Shown here piece by piece: positions 24,201 through 35,700 of a stretch of 64,000 nucleotides of DNA. The notes beneath the pieces are model-generated. The model had not been told where the DNA came from, did no database searches, and worked only from the letters and a program-made list of their open reading frames with translations. How positions within the stretch are numbered: the first letter of the stretch is position 1; the number at the start of each line of letters is the position of its first letter. This DNA is from Phoronis australis (lineage: Eukaryota > Animalia > Phoronida). The stretch spans positions 124,001-188,000 of the forward strand of contig NMRA01000579.1 in NCBI GenBank assembly GCA_002633005.1, written 5' to 3'. The position numbers and the translations under genes are program-made.

Positions 24201-26239
24201 AATTGTGGTTCTTTAAATGCGGGGATCACTGTGAGCGAGTATTACTCCGATTTCTCGTTCTTACACACTGCCAATATGGTGGCTAAAGTGGGTTAAGTAC
24301 GGTGCGTAATAAAGTCTTGTCAGTTATGAGAATGTGTTAATACAGTAGCCAAATAGTATTGAACAAACAACTAGTAGTTTTGTTGTCCAGTTTGAGTTTT
24401 GCTGTTCATTCTCGGTGACGTGGGAAGACTACGCTGACAAGTTATACGGCTGTCGTCGTAGTGGGGAACTATGGGTCATTTTCTGAATACTTTTAGCTTG
24501 TACTGTAAGTTTATCGTAATTGTTAAAGGGATATTGTTTTTATTATTACTTTTGCTATTTGCATCCACCACTATGAGTACAGTCATTGTTATTAATTTGT
24601 TACCTTTATGTAGAAAATAAATCTGATACTAAATAAGGCGATCCAGATCCTCCCAAGGATACTATTGTTTCACGAAATGTAGAATATAAATAGGTAAATA
24701 AAACAACAAGAATGGATCAACTGAAATTTTCGGATGTAATAACGTCCTTTGTCAACAGAAACAGAAATAAATTTAAGTAAAATCAAACACTATATGACAA
24801 TTGACATTTAAGATAACTTTATGGTATTTTCTCAAGGATGTCTTTCTCCCGGCATCATTTGCCACCACAAAACTAAAAAGCATGCATGCATATTGGCTTC
24901 TTCTTATTGTCCTTACGTGTGTGCAACTGTTAGACGGTGGTGTTTGGTGAGTTGTAAAGAATAAAACGCTGTGCTTTATTCAGGAACATCCTACTGACCA
25001 ACTTTGAGGGCCTACAAGTGGTGACCTTCGAGGAATTCAGAGCCGTTCTGGTCCAGCTGTACCCAAGCCTTGAAGAGGATGATGCTACCCTGGAGGAAGT
25101 AAGTTGTTCGCTCGGATTGCTGGGGTTTATTGTGGGAAAGGGAATACCAACCTGGACGTTTTGTACCTGCGTTCGTATGTTTAGAAGTGCCATAGGCAAA
25201 TTTTCAAAATTTCTCAGAATTTGCACTCGTCTTTTATCCAAGGCCTCGTTTATCTAAACCTGTCTTTGTATCAAATGTTGAAATCAGAGGTCACAACATG
25301 GGATGCAGCTTGCCTCAAGGAAAAATCTTGTTCTTTAAGGTAGCTCATAACCTATTGATAACTATGAATTTAATAAAGCATAATAATGGTTCTAGGTGGT
25401 CAGTGCACTGGGCCCACATGAGCGGCCTGTAATTGTTTTTTTTTTTTGATGAGGTCCTCTTTTTTCGTCTCCCTTGCTTCAGAAAAATTCATTGTAGTTT
25501 CGGAAAAGAGGCCCTGGGCATGATTTTGGTTATTTCCAGTCCTTATTTATCCAGATTTCCACGAAGCTAACCGGGACACAGTTACGGAAGTTGTATGAAT
25601 TGTGTCTGTATTTGATCAGTGGCGTGGAAGTGGGTGTGTTTCTTTGTAATATCCAAATCGAAGATAATTTTAAGATTAAAAACAAAGTGTCATTCAGTTG
25701 CTCACGTCAGCTTTCACTTTTTAAAGGGCCATTATTGGCGAGAAAAGTGATTTTTAAAAATCGGCTTCAGCGTGGACTCAAACCTCGAACTTCTTGGTCG
25801 CCATCTAATATTTCAATTGGTGGAGCTAAATGCCACTCCACAGGTGGCACTGTGTCCTTAAGTGTGTTTAACTGGTGAATATGTAAAGCAGTCAGTGGCG
25901 AGAATTTGCGATTTGTACACAACAATTTTGGGTTGTTTGTTTTATAGCTCTAGTCTATCCCATCCAACAATAATCCAAAAACGTGTTTTTTGTCTGTGAA
26001 ACCGGTTACGTCTCTTTAACTGTGACTCGTCGTCTTCGTTTCAGATGTTTGGTTTCATCGATAACGACAAGGACGGCATCGTGACATGGCCCGAGCTACA
26101 GTACTTTGACATGGAGGCCGCGTTGGACTACTTTCCAGGGTTGTTTGATGATCCTGAACAGGCTGAGGACGATGACAGGGATGATGGGAAGTTAGACGAG
26201 GCACGTGAGACTGAGGAAACTGTGAAAGATGAGCTGTAA
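17985..26239 (+). CDS. Signal peptide + JmjC (cupin-like, JMJD5/JMJD7/TYW5-related) 2OG-Fe(II) oxygenase + EF-hand + KDEL; predicted ER-luminal
   Basis: Exons 17985-18283, 19407-19558 (or 19594-19748), 21229-21398, 22975-23135, 23873-24043, 24984-25098, 26045-26239. All are GT-AG and phase-consistent, totalling 1263 nt = 420 aa with exon 2A. Motifs: WFSSGGTKSVLHND, G-x-K, GDCFFIPMYWYHHV, EF loop DNDKDGIVTWPE, terminal KDEL. Confidence 0.92.
19407..19558 (+). CDS. JmjC gene exon 2A (mutually exclusive candidate)
   Basis: tttcag|T GAA...AAA A|gtaagt, encoding EKFGQTKIQVEVGKKENREDDVLNVKLDSFLKYYVKKNIYMVQDLTDPMK. 152 nt, phase 2 to 1. Confidence 0.9.
19594..19748 (+). CDS. JmjC gene exon 2B (tandem paralogous, mutually exclusive candidate)
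   Basis: tttttag|G GAT...ATG A|gtgagt, encoding DNFGKTLTTVETKKKETRDPNDGLYVKLSTFLDYYRHKTIYMVQDLTPEMM. 155 nt, phase 2 to 1, no stop codon. Confidence 0.85.
20305..20377 (+). mobile_element. tRNA-derived SINE head or tRNA pseudogene (intronic)
   Basis: A-box-like taactcagtggtgagagc, anticodon-arm-like ctagaccggcaatccag, degenerate B-box ggtttgtttccc, acceptor-like gtcctca/tgggggt. Confidence 0.55.
21229..21398 (+). CDS. JmjC gene exon 3 (HxD iron ligands, 2OG-binding Lys)
   Basis: DFHLLKCLLCGGFTEFLNTAVMWFSSGGTKSVLHNDNIDNINCIFQGAKDFVFIDR. Donor AGG|gtaagt. Confidence 0.92.
22975..23135 (+). CDS. JmjC gene exon 4
   Basis: ttttgtag|KHKDAIEGTKFVHDKGYSEVDVESVDMYKFPNLRDIPWYKARMEKGDCFFIPM|gtgagt. 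Confidence 0.92.
23873..24043 (+). CDS. JmjC gene exon 5 (distal His)
   Basis: ttttcag|WYHHVHSFGDTRRNLAINIWFSHLFWFNHTDC...EMQR|gtatgt. Confidence 0.92.
24984..25098 (+). CDS. JmjC gene exon 6 (degenerate EF-hand-like segment VTFEEF)
   Basis: attcag|NILLTNFEGLQVVTFEEFRAVLVQLYPSLEEDDATLEE|gtaagt. Confidence 0.88.
25761..25834 (-). mobile_element. Degenerate tRNA-derived SINE head
   Basis: Reverse strand reads tagctcc...gaggtttgagtccacgctgaagcc (A/B-box-like). Confidence 0.3.
26045..26239 (+). CDS. JmjC gene last exon (canonical EF-hand, acidic tail, KDEL)
   Basis: tttcag|MFGFIDNDKDGIVTWPELQY...EETVKDEL*. Confidence 0.92.
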   Translation: MFGFIDNDKDGIVTWPELQYFDMEAALDYFPGLFDDPEQAEDDDRDDGKLDEARETEETVKDEL

Positions 26240-29200
26240 TCTTGCTGACAATTTTTTTAAAGAATCTGATCCCTGTGGCTTGATCATGATCACTCGACTT
26301 ACAATAGATTTCCTCGAAAGTATTAACGTCATCCCACATTTGTCTTGTTAAGTGCCGTGGCCAAGACAGCTCAAGACAATTTAAGAGCGAATTCATTGTA
26401 CGTCTTCGTGTTTTGGCTAAAAATGTTGTAAAAATTTTGCCAAACTTCTGACGATAAGATAGTTGCGGACTTTTTTAAAGTGTTGTGAATTAGGTTAATT
26501 TAAAGTAGAAAAGTGAGGAATTAACTTTTGTGGCATAAACAACTTAAGTTGTATGACGTTAGGCTCAATTTGTTCCTCATGGTAGTCTTGCCAATTTGGG
26601 ACACGATGCGGCTCACAAGCGAATTTTTATGTCTTCATTTTTTTATTACAAATAAGAAACGAAAGGCTTTATGAATCTAAAGTTCTATATCGGTGCTATC
26701 ACTGGACAATGTTTTACAAAATTGTGGGCATTAACAATAATTTTAGAAGTGTTTGAAAAATAAAAACAAAATAATTCTATCAATTTGTGAGATTTTACCT
26801 TGTTCAAATTAGAGTCGGTTGGTGAGTTTGGAAATATTAGGAGACCATTATTGGTCAAGACCATGGTCAGCAAGTCGACGTGTGAGGGTGGGTCCTGTTA
26901 AGTGTGGTCTCAAGTAGTAATGAACTGTCAATTGTTCACAAAGTTGAAACCAGTGTTATTGTGACAGGTGATTTAAATATGAAACACGTCTATGTACAGT
27001 GTGACAGCTTTAACATTCAGTATTTGAAACGATGCATTCCAGATTAATTTAAATCATCTTACATATCACGAATCATGATATAGTAACCCTCTGTTCTCAT
27101 CACGTACACTGTGTAGCATATTTATCTCACGTGGGCAAGGGACTTTTTAAAATCAAACTTGTTCTATGCTGTGTTTAACTATGTTTTGAGAAGCTGTGAG
27201 ATTCACAATGTTAGTAGCCCTTGGAAATGAAAAAAGATGGTTTTTAACGATTTTGTTTTGCCTGAAGCTGCTCAGAGTTCACCATATTGGTGCCTTGTTT
27301 GGCTATGTAGGGTTGTTAGTTTTCTTTTGCATTGTAACATCAGTCCAGAAATGTAGGTAAGACTAGGCACTGTTCTATAAGCCTCCTTTTCAAGTCTTTC
27401 AGTAGAGTTGGTGATGGGTTTGAATTTTGGTGTTTTGATGAGTTATTCTAATTAGTGTACTCAATCAGTTTTGTGCTGTAAGTTGAAAAAAGTGATGAAA
27501 TTCCAGATTTAATGAATATCTGAAATTTCGATGCAAAAATTCTCAGATAATTCTCAAATGATTTTCATCTGGTTTAATCTGTTTTTTTCCCGAATTTCAT
27601 TGAAAGTCGATAAATTTTTTGAAAACTACTGTTAGTCGTGATGGATTGTACACTTATGAAATAGAAACCGCAATTGGGTCAGTAAAAATATGTTGGATCA
27701 AATTCCCAGGGGATTCAGGCGTAGGCCTACCTGACTTTCTTCAGTCAGTGGTACGTTGCTTTGAAAGTTGGCTGCACTCCGAACGTCTGGTTATTTTATT
27801 CTGTTCGTTTTTACACACAAAATCCGATTTCTATTTCTTCTACTTCTTTTGACATTGATTGTTATTAATAAAATATTCATATTGTGTGTTTTTACGCAGA
27901 CACTCACACACAGAGGGTTATTTTTGATACAAGTGTCTGAAGTTTACATGTCAGATTTGAAACAAATGATTTACATGAAACGAACTGAACAAATATAAGT
28001 ACTTATCTGACAGAGAGTGATATGCAGTATATCAAGGGTTCGGGATCTCTGCCAGTATTTGAGATTATAATGTTGTTTTTGTGGAAAATACTCCAGGTTT
28101 GTTTATTTTGGTGACTTTTTAATGGTATTTAATAATGTAGTTAAAGTTTTGATCACTTTGTTATTTCAACTTGCAGATGAAAATCTCAACTTCATCATTT
28201 CATTTCACGCCAAATGCCAAGGTACTTACCAACAGAGGGCATTGTTCTGGCATGGTAAACTTAAAAGCTCTCTTCATGCATGTGCACGGCAGTGGAAATT
28301 AAAATTGCACTCGTAAATAATAGTGATTGAGATAGCAATCGTATAAACATTGCTTGTGTTAACAATTTCATAGTTTATGAATATCGTTATTTATGAGAAG
28401 TTGGGATATTGAAAATATCTAGTCTCGTTTGAATTGTTCAGTCATTGATAGTTCGACTGGTAATGTTATTTTTGATGTGGTAATCATAATACTCAGTCTA
28501 TATGGACATAGGTGATGATTGATAATAAAGGTTTGGTGATGGTTATCGTATTTGTATTTAGTTTTGTGTACCTCTGTTTTCAACTGTCATACAGGTGTTA
28601 CAGCGAATTCGTCTGTGCTGTTGCAGTCGATCTACGTTTCAACAGACCCTCCTAGGGCCTTTCTTATACATTTGTAGTAACTGAAGTTCGCTACATTGTT
28701 GGCTTGGCCAATTGTTGCGTTGAATGTTACAAGCCAGAAAACATTTCAAACCAGGTTTGTTGGAATGCAGTTTGATTGTAAGCGCACGTAGCAGTCACCA
28801 AGCTGTGGCTATATGCAGGAAGTTTTCCTTTAGGGGCCTGGAATACAAAAGCTCATATAAATTACCTTTTAAACGGTTTGTGGATCTACTTCTTGGGGAT
28901 GCTAAAGTGACAGTTGTGCACTTTAATTTGCTATTGCAAGAATTTCTAAAAAAGTCGTCACATTCACTATATTTGAAACACAAGACGAAGTATAAATTTT
29001 TATCCCCACCCAGGTTTCAAATTCTCTGCAGCCCCTAATATATAATGCACTCAAGTCGGGCTGGCTGCTGCTTGAAATCCCCATTGTATTATTTACGTCA
29101 AAGGTCACATTTTCCACATGAGGGTAATTTATTGCCTCACTAAATAAGGAGACATACTTTGTCTTATGGGAAAAAAATCGACAAAGTGACAAGAAATTGG

Positions 29201-30470
29201 GAAAATGATTTTGAAATTTGAAACTAAAGTAAAAAATGCTATGCTTTGACAGAAATTCAAAATCTTTACGAAAAAACGTAAATAAATACTTGGTGAACAA
29301 TTCACCTCCGTTTCAGAGGCAAAAAGCCACTTAGAATAAGGCAATTTAATCGTTTTTTCATGTATTCCACTTTAAATTCAGAACAAAATGGTGCAACGTG
29401 TTGACCTCACCGCTATATCTAGTTAAGTTTTTCCCAAATCCCTTCCAGGAAGAGACGCATCATAAAAGGTTTTTGTTCATCAATCAGTAAATGTTATAAG
29501 CCCAAGACAGGGTGATCTCCAAGTATAATTTATTTTAATTATGTGAAAGCACCGGCACGAGAGACAATTGAATTCTACCAGACGGGTCGCGTTATCACAA
29601 CAGCGAAGTAGTACACAACTTAATCTAAGCACAGATTTACACCACCCTAAAAGTCGAGTCACTCAAACTTTCACATCGCACACAAAAACAAAGCAGGCTC
29701 TGCAGAGTGGAAAGTAAAACAAGTTTTGCATCTGCACCCAGAGTTCAAGCGTACCTATTACTGTTGGCAGAAAACACTCCGCAAATCTTTGTTCGTAACA
29801 CTAAATTATTTTTTGCATTTTTTAAAATTGCCACTGGCTGACCTCACACTTTGGCCGCAAACCATCGCACCATTAATAAACCACAGTCGATGCTCTTTTC
29901 ACTCGCATGGAACCAAACAAAAGGAATGTTCATGTAAAAGAATTTGTCCATCGTTTCGTTTAAGAGAACAGTTGTCAGTTAAAAACAGCCTATTTAGGAA
30001 CTGCTTTGCAATCGTGGCAATACAAAGTTCAAAGTTAGCACTTTTAAACCTTTTGGTCCCTGTATATATAAATAAAACCCACCGTATAACAATCACATAA
30101 TGAAAACGCAATAATGACAACAACAAACCTAAAACAATACAATGATATACATAATCCTGTGTTCACTTGACTGTAAAATCAATAGGGAAGTATTAGAAGC
30201 GTGATAATTATACAACTTTGGCAATCTGAAATAAATTCTAATACCTTTCACACATAAAATCAAGGCCGAGTAAAACAATGAGCTATCAAAATACATACAT
30301 GGAAGGAGACTTGATATTCGTAAAAACTTCACCAAATGGGCAACTCATAATTCACTAGGTGTATCACAATAAAGCAAGAAACCTTCTCATAGACATGTCT
30401 GCATTCAGGTAAACCCCGTGGGCCTCTGATGTTTGCTCTCAATCAGATGTCAGAAGAAAGACATTTAATA

Positions 30471-30484
30471 GCGCCATCTAGTGG
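30471..30484 (-). promoter_or_regulatory. CTCF consensus motif
   Basis: Reverse complement CCACTAGATGGCGC matches CCASYAGRKGGCRS. Confidence 0.5.
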
Positions 30485-31515
30485 AGATCGAGTCACCCAT
30501 TGCTGTTTAGGCTGAAGTTTTCATTGCTACAGTAATGGGAAAAGTTTAAAATGCCATAAAACAAGACTGGAATTCAGGAAGTACTCAAACAAGATTAAGT
30601 ATTCAATGTGGTGCTGAAAGTTCAGAAACGGAATCTTCACAAACTACAAATTTAAATATAAACTACGATGAACACCATCAACTGCTTTAAACAAATCAAC
30701 AAACTACAACCATGTAAACAACAATTACGAACACTGTCACAAAAGCATTCAGCTTTTTGGAAACAATTATCAGATGAATTTCTACTCTAGACTTGAAAAC
30801 CTCTAAAATAAGAGTCACAACAAATCCAATAAAATCCAGACTCGCAAACTTCACAAAGCGCTAAAACCGCAAGATAACTATTCACAAATACCTGAAATAC
30901 CTCAAATATTCCACATACATGTGCAGCAGAAAACATTTGCCTTGGCTGGACACATGACCTCTGCTGTCAATCGGTTAATGGACACGCCCAAATCAAAAAC
31001 ACAGCTGAGGATACATGGTGACATTTGAAATAGTGAAATCATCTTACTAAACTCCAAAACCAAGGACTTGGGGGACTTTTGCTAGAAATTGACCTTTTCC
31101 GTCTGCAACTAGAGGACAACCAGGTCACCCATACCATACATCTGCCGTTTTACCAAAGTTTACCATTCCACACGCCAGTCCACTGGTAGAAAATTCTTCC
31201 TAAATAGTACGAAATTCCAAAAATGTTAACAAGAAAGTTCAAAACAAACGGAACTCTTGAACATTTTGGGGAACGAAAATGAAGCTCACCTCTTAAAGGG
31301 CTTGTCAACTAAAAGGAAGAGAAACACAACGCAACTCAAATTTTCACACGCTGGTGTGCAAATGTCGAAAACATCAGCGCCCGCAGTCTAATCTCTGACT
31401 CAAAATTGCCAATTGTTTTTGACAAATCCCACTCTACTGTTGTGTAAATTCAAGATAAGTGTCTATCATCCTGTGCTCGACCACGCTATGGTTTAGGTGG
31501 ATGACTGTCTAATGC

Positions 31516-31646
31516 TAGCCTGCACTTTATGTATGTCACCACCATGAATACTACAAGTTCGAGTTTGAACTCGAAATTTCAAGTTTTCATCCAAATCTTG
31601 AGTTTTTAGCTCAAATCTAGGGGTCAACAAGTATGAATGTAGGCTA
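31516..31646. mobile_element. Short MITE-like element with TAGCCT...AGGCTA ends
   Basis: tagcctgcactttat ... atgaatgtaggcta form imperfect inverted termini. Confidence 0.4.
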
Positions 31647-32180
31647 GACACTCATCAGCATATATCCCACCATACCCAAGCACAGAATAGAAGCACACTT
31701 ATCTTGTATTTGCACAAAAGTAGAAAGAAAAAAAAATTTGGGATTAATGTCCAGTACAAAGATTAGATCCTCAGGACCAAATACGGTTCATTCACACTCC
31801 CTTCACTGACACAGAGGGAGTGTGTGTGCGTCTGTATGTACAACTGTGTCCTATCAGGCACTCTGAAACTTTATATTTCAACACAAATAGGACATACTGT
31901 CAATCAAATAAAAAGCCAATCAACGGAATAGTTGTTATTCATGCAGCCAACCAAAGTGCATTAACTTTGGTTCGAAAGTCGTATGAAACAGCGAAACATC
32001 ATTAATCATGTACCCATAAATTTGTTTTTGATCAATATCAAAGAAAAATAATTGAGGTAATGCTCGAGCATGTATAATTATTAAACAATGCAAAGAATTT
32101 CTGTCCAGTAAAATTAAAACTCGTGGGAAATTTCTCCACTGGCATGCCTATTCCCAAATCACAACCAACTTCTAGCAGTC

Positions 32181-32732
32181 TTAACTGCTCATCAATGATT
32201 CCACTCTGTTATTCACGTATTCTCGCGCCGGGTTGTAGTACTGATCGCGCATGCTGGTCACAGCCGAGGTCTTCCTCACAGCGTCCAGCATCGGAAGAGC
32301 GATACGATCATCCAGCAGTACGACTATTGCCACCACCAACAGGAGCACTGCAAACACGATGGCCACCAGAGGAATGCCCCGCATCTCCTCTGTCCTCTCT
32401 GGCGTCTTTGTTGTAGAAATGTCCACTTTGTTCTCCATCTTGTTATCCACGCCATTGTCACCAGATGGACCCGGTGCAGCTTGCAAGTCGTCCACGACGA
32501 CGGGCGGCTCAATGACATCTGGGATCTCTAGCGTTTTCAAGTCTCCTTCTTGTTCGCCAGATGTTGACTCTGCGACTTCTCCAACATGATTACTAGTGAC
32601 ATCTAGTGATGGTTCAATGTCGTCGACTTCTTTTACCTCCTCATCGGCTAGTTTGCCATCAACAGCATCTTCGGGCTCAGTCTCAACAGCATTATTAACA
32701 GCTTCAACCACAATCTCCTCTGTATGTTGCTC
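32181..32732 (-). CDS. FRMD5: FRMD5-like last exon (acidic linker, transmembrane helix)
   Basis: ORF 32181-32711 extended to the acceptor at 32732. TM segment [22 protein letters not shown]. Confidence 0.9.
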   Translation of the reverse strand, partial: EQHTEEIVVEAVNNAVETEPEDAVDGKLADEEVKEVDDIEPSLDVTSNHVGEVAESTSGEQEGDLKTLEIPDVIEPPVVVDDLQAAPGPSGDNGVDNKMENKVDISTTKTPERTEEMRGIPLVAIVFAVLLLVVAIVVLLDDRIALPMLDAVRKTSAVTSMRDQYYNPAREYVNNRVESLMSS

Positions 32733-35700
32733 CTGTAAGAATGATGTAAATAAGTTTTACAAGGACTCCAAGTGATTTATCTTAAAACCACTCACATACG
32801 TAGCTATCTTTAGCAATTGTTAAACAGGCGTCTAAACTGATGGGAAAGAATATCCATAGTACGTGTCAGGATTCCTAACTTTACATGATTACACTACGGA
32901 CCGCCTGGCCTTTAATGACAGCTTTCTACACCCATATTAGAACTTAAAGTGGCTATAGATGCATCGTCCTGAATTTAGACCTTGAACTAATTCTAAAACT
33001 GGGGCCCTTTCCAAGAAATTGTCTTCAACTCATTTTTTACTGAAGTCTAAGATTTGTCTAAGTTTTATCTTAAAATTGACTGAAATTTAAGATTTGTCTT
33101 AGCTAAGTCAGTTTTCTTGGAACGAGCAAAAATCAAACTTTTTAAAAATTTTCGAGCTCTGTTAGCATTGCTGTAAATGCCCACAATTAAAGAAAATATT
33201 TCTGATGGTTGCTACAGTAAAGAACTTGAACGTGGTGAACAAATGAGAAATAACAATTTCACTTGCCTGCCACATTGTGTCCTAATTAGTTGCATTTCAT
33301 CTCACGTTATAACGAGCTGTTAATTGTCAATACCTACCTGAGGGGATTCCACTCTTTCATCGGTCACCTCTCTCTCCGACAAGTTTTCAACGGACACATC
33401 GGCCTGACTATCGGAATCGGTGGCTGAAAAAGTGAAGTTTAAAAACATCAAGGATATTAAATTCAAATATAATACATTAAGAGCACAAATTCGTAAAATG
33501 AGCGAAGTTGTATTTTTTTTCTGGCCATATTCTATTACCTTCTAGTTTAATTTTAATCTATTAAACTTTCATCTGGCAATAATAGTAATCTCTTGCAGAA
33601 AATGCAAAATGGAATTCTGCTACGAAACGGGCACGCATTTTTTTACATGGCAAAAATATTGTGTTATAATACAGGGAGATTTTTGTGTACAAGTAAACTG
33701 AAATTTTCTTTTTACAGCAAACTATGGCATAAAAAGACGACCATATCAACTTTACTATAACCACATTAGGTATACCAAAGTTGCGACGACGAATCGAATC
33801 GCAATGTAGGAGCAACAAATGTCGATATCCATACACCACGACCTGTTTCAACTTGTTAGTTCCAATTTTCGCCATAAGATGTCTTACGAAGTAACGAGTT
33901 ACTTGCACATTTTGAAGAGTTTTATTGAGATATTGGACAAACAAACAGCGCAGGATCATTCACTGGTTGGAATCTTATCATTTTCAACATTTTTTTCCTG
34001 CAATTGGTACGAGTGATAAGTTAGCTATTTATATTTGAGAAAAAATGTATTAATTTGACAAACAAGAATGAAACCAATCAAATTCCTCCTAAAGAGGATG
34101 AAATAGAATTGAAGTCCTAAAAATGTGTATCAACCCACCCCTAGTCAATATCGTTATAAAACACGTACATGCAATTTTGCCAAAACTCCCTCGGCTGTGT
34201 TCTGTCAAACTGTCCCTACATATTAAGCGTGTCCACTCTTAAGATGCAGCTCACATTTCACTCACCTCTGGTGATCTCGATGCGAGGTTTCACAGGACGT
34301 TTCTGACTGAATCTCCTTTGAAGAGTAGACGATGGTGACCTGACAGAAGTAACACAACACACGGTTACATCGAGTTTGAACGTTCACATTACACCACATT
34401 GTCACTTAGCGTAAGTGATTTTACATCATGAGTGTCACTTAGCGTAAGTGATTTTACATCATGAGTGTCACTTAGTGTAAGTGATTTTACTTCACGAGTG
34501 TCATCCAATATGAATAAGATGGCGTGTGATAACAACGGTTGAAACTGAAACGAGTGACTAAGCATTCTATGTACGTGTTAGTAAAATTACTGCAAGGAAG
34601 GAAATATTAAACTGTTACATACAAACGACACATTTATTAAGCATTTCCTATAACTTAAGAGGCGATGTTAATACCTAAGTTATGAAACCGTAGTGGCACA
34701 TGAATTAAATATACAAAAATTGAACCAATTGTTCAATAACTGTCAATTAAAATTAGCTTTTAACCTACATCTACAGAAATTATGTATAGCTCATCTAACA
34801 TTAATAATGGCTGCACTTGATTTACTTTGTTGGTTGAGGAGGGTCAACTGGCTAAGGCACCTGATTGGTTGTTAAACCACAAAGCATCATCGAGTACCAA
34901 TCAGATGTGTTAGCCAAATGACCCGTATGAACCGGAGAGAATCAAGAGCACCCAATATGTATATAAAATTCGGTATCTTTTGATACAAATAATGCCCACT
35001 ACTTGTGCAAAGTGATATCGTCAGCAGCAATTCCAGCTTAAAAAGTGTACACTGTACAAATGAATATTTTACGCCAAGCTAAACTACAGAACCCAAATTG
35101 TTGATAAATGATTGGATATGGCACCCAACCTTGACCTTTTAAACTTTAGTCTTTTTTCTTAAAGTGGCAAAACGTCATTGAACTCAAGAATAAGTAAACT
35201 GACTTTTGTTTGTCAAGGACTCCAGATCATAATATTTGCTCATCAGACTCAGCTGTATGTAAAACCCAAAACAAGAATGATAAACTCAAAAAAGTGAAAC
35301 AGACTCTGAGATGTATAGAGTCAGTACTTTTATGAACTTGTTTGAAAAATGGTATCCATTTATCTTTAATATTAAGTTCACACACTCTAGTGAAAAAATA
35401 TTAAGCAGTCATTTTCAGCTTAAAGTTCCAATGCATTAATCCAAATTTTAATATTCCGTAAAGCTGAAATCGTAGAGAGCCATTGCCTGCGAAACCAAGA
35501 CCACCCCAAAAATGGTTCACAGTTTAGACACCACGCAGAAGAGAGGTCAAGATGACCCCCCATCAGGCAGACCATTGGACAATATGACCCACAACTGACC
35601 TGGTGAAGTCTACGCTGCTTCTCTTGTGAGACGCGCTATATGAACACACCTCATTCTGACTGCGGCCACTGAAAATTGGACAAGGATATGGCTTGAAAAA

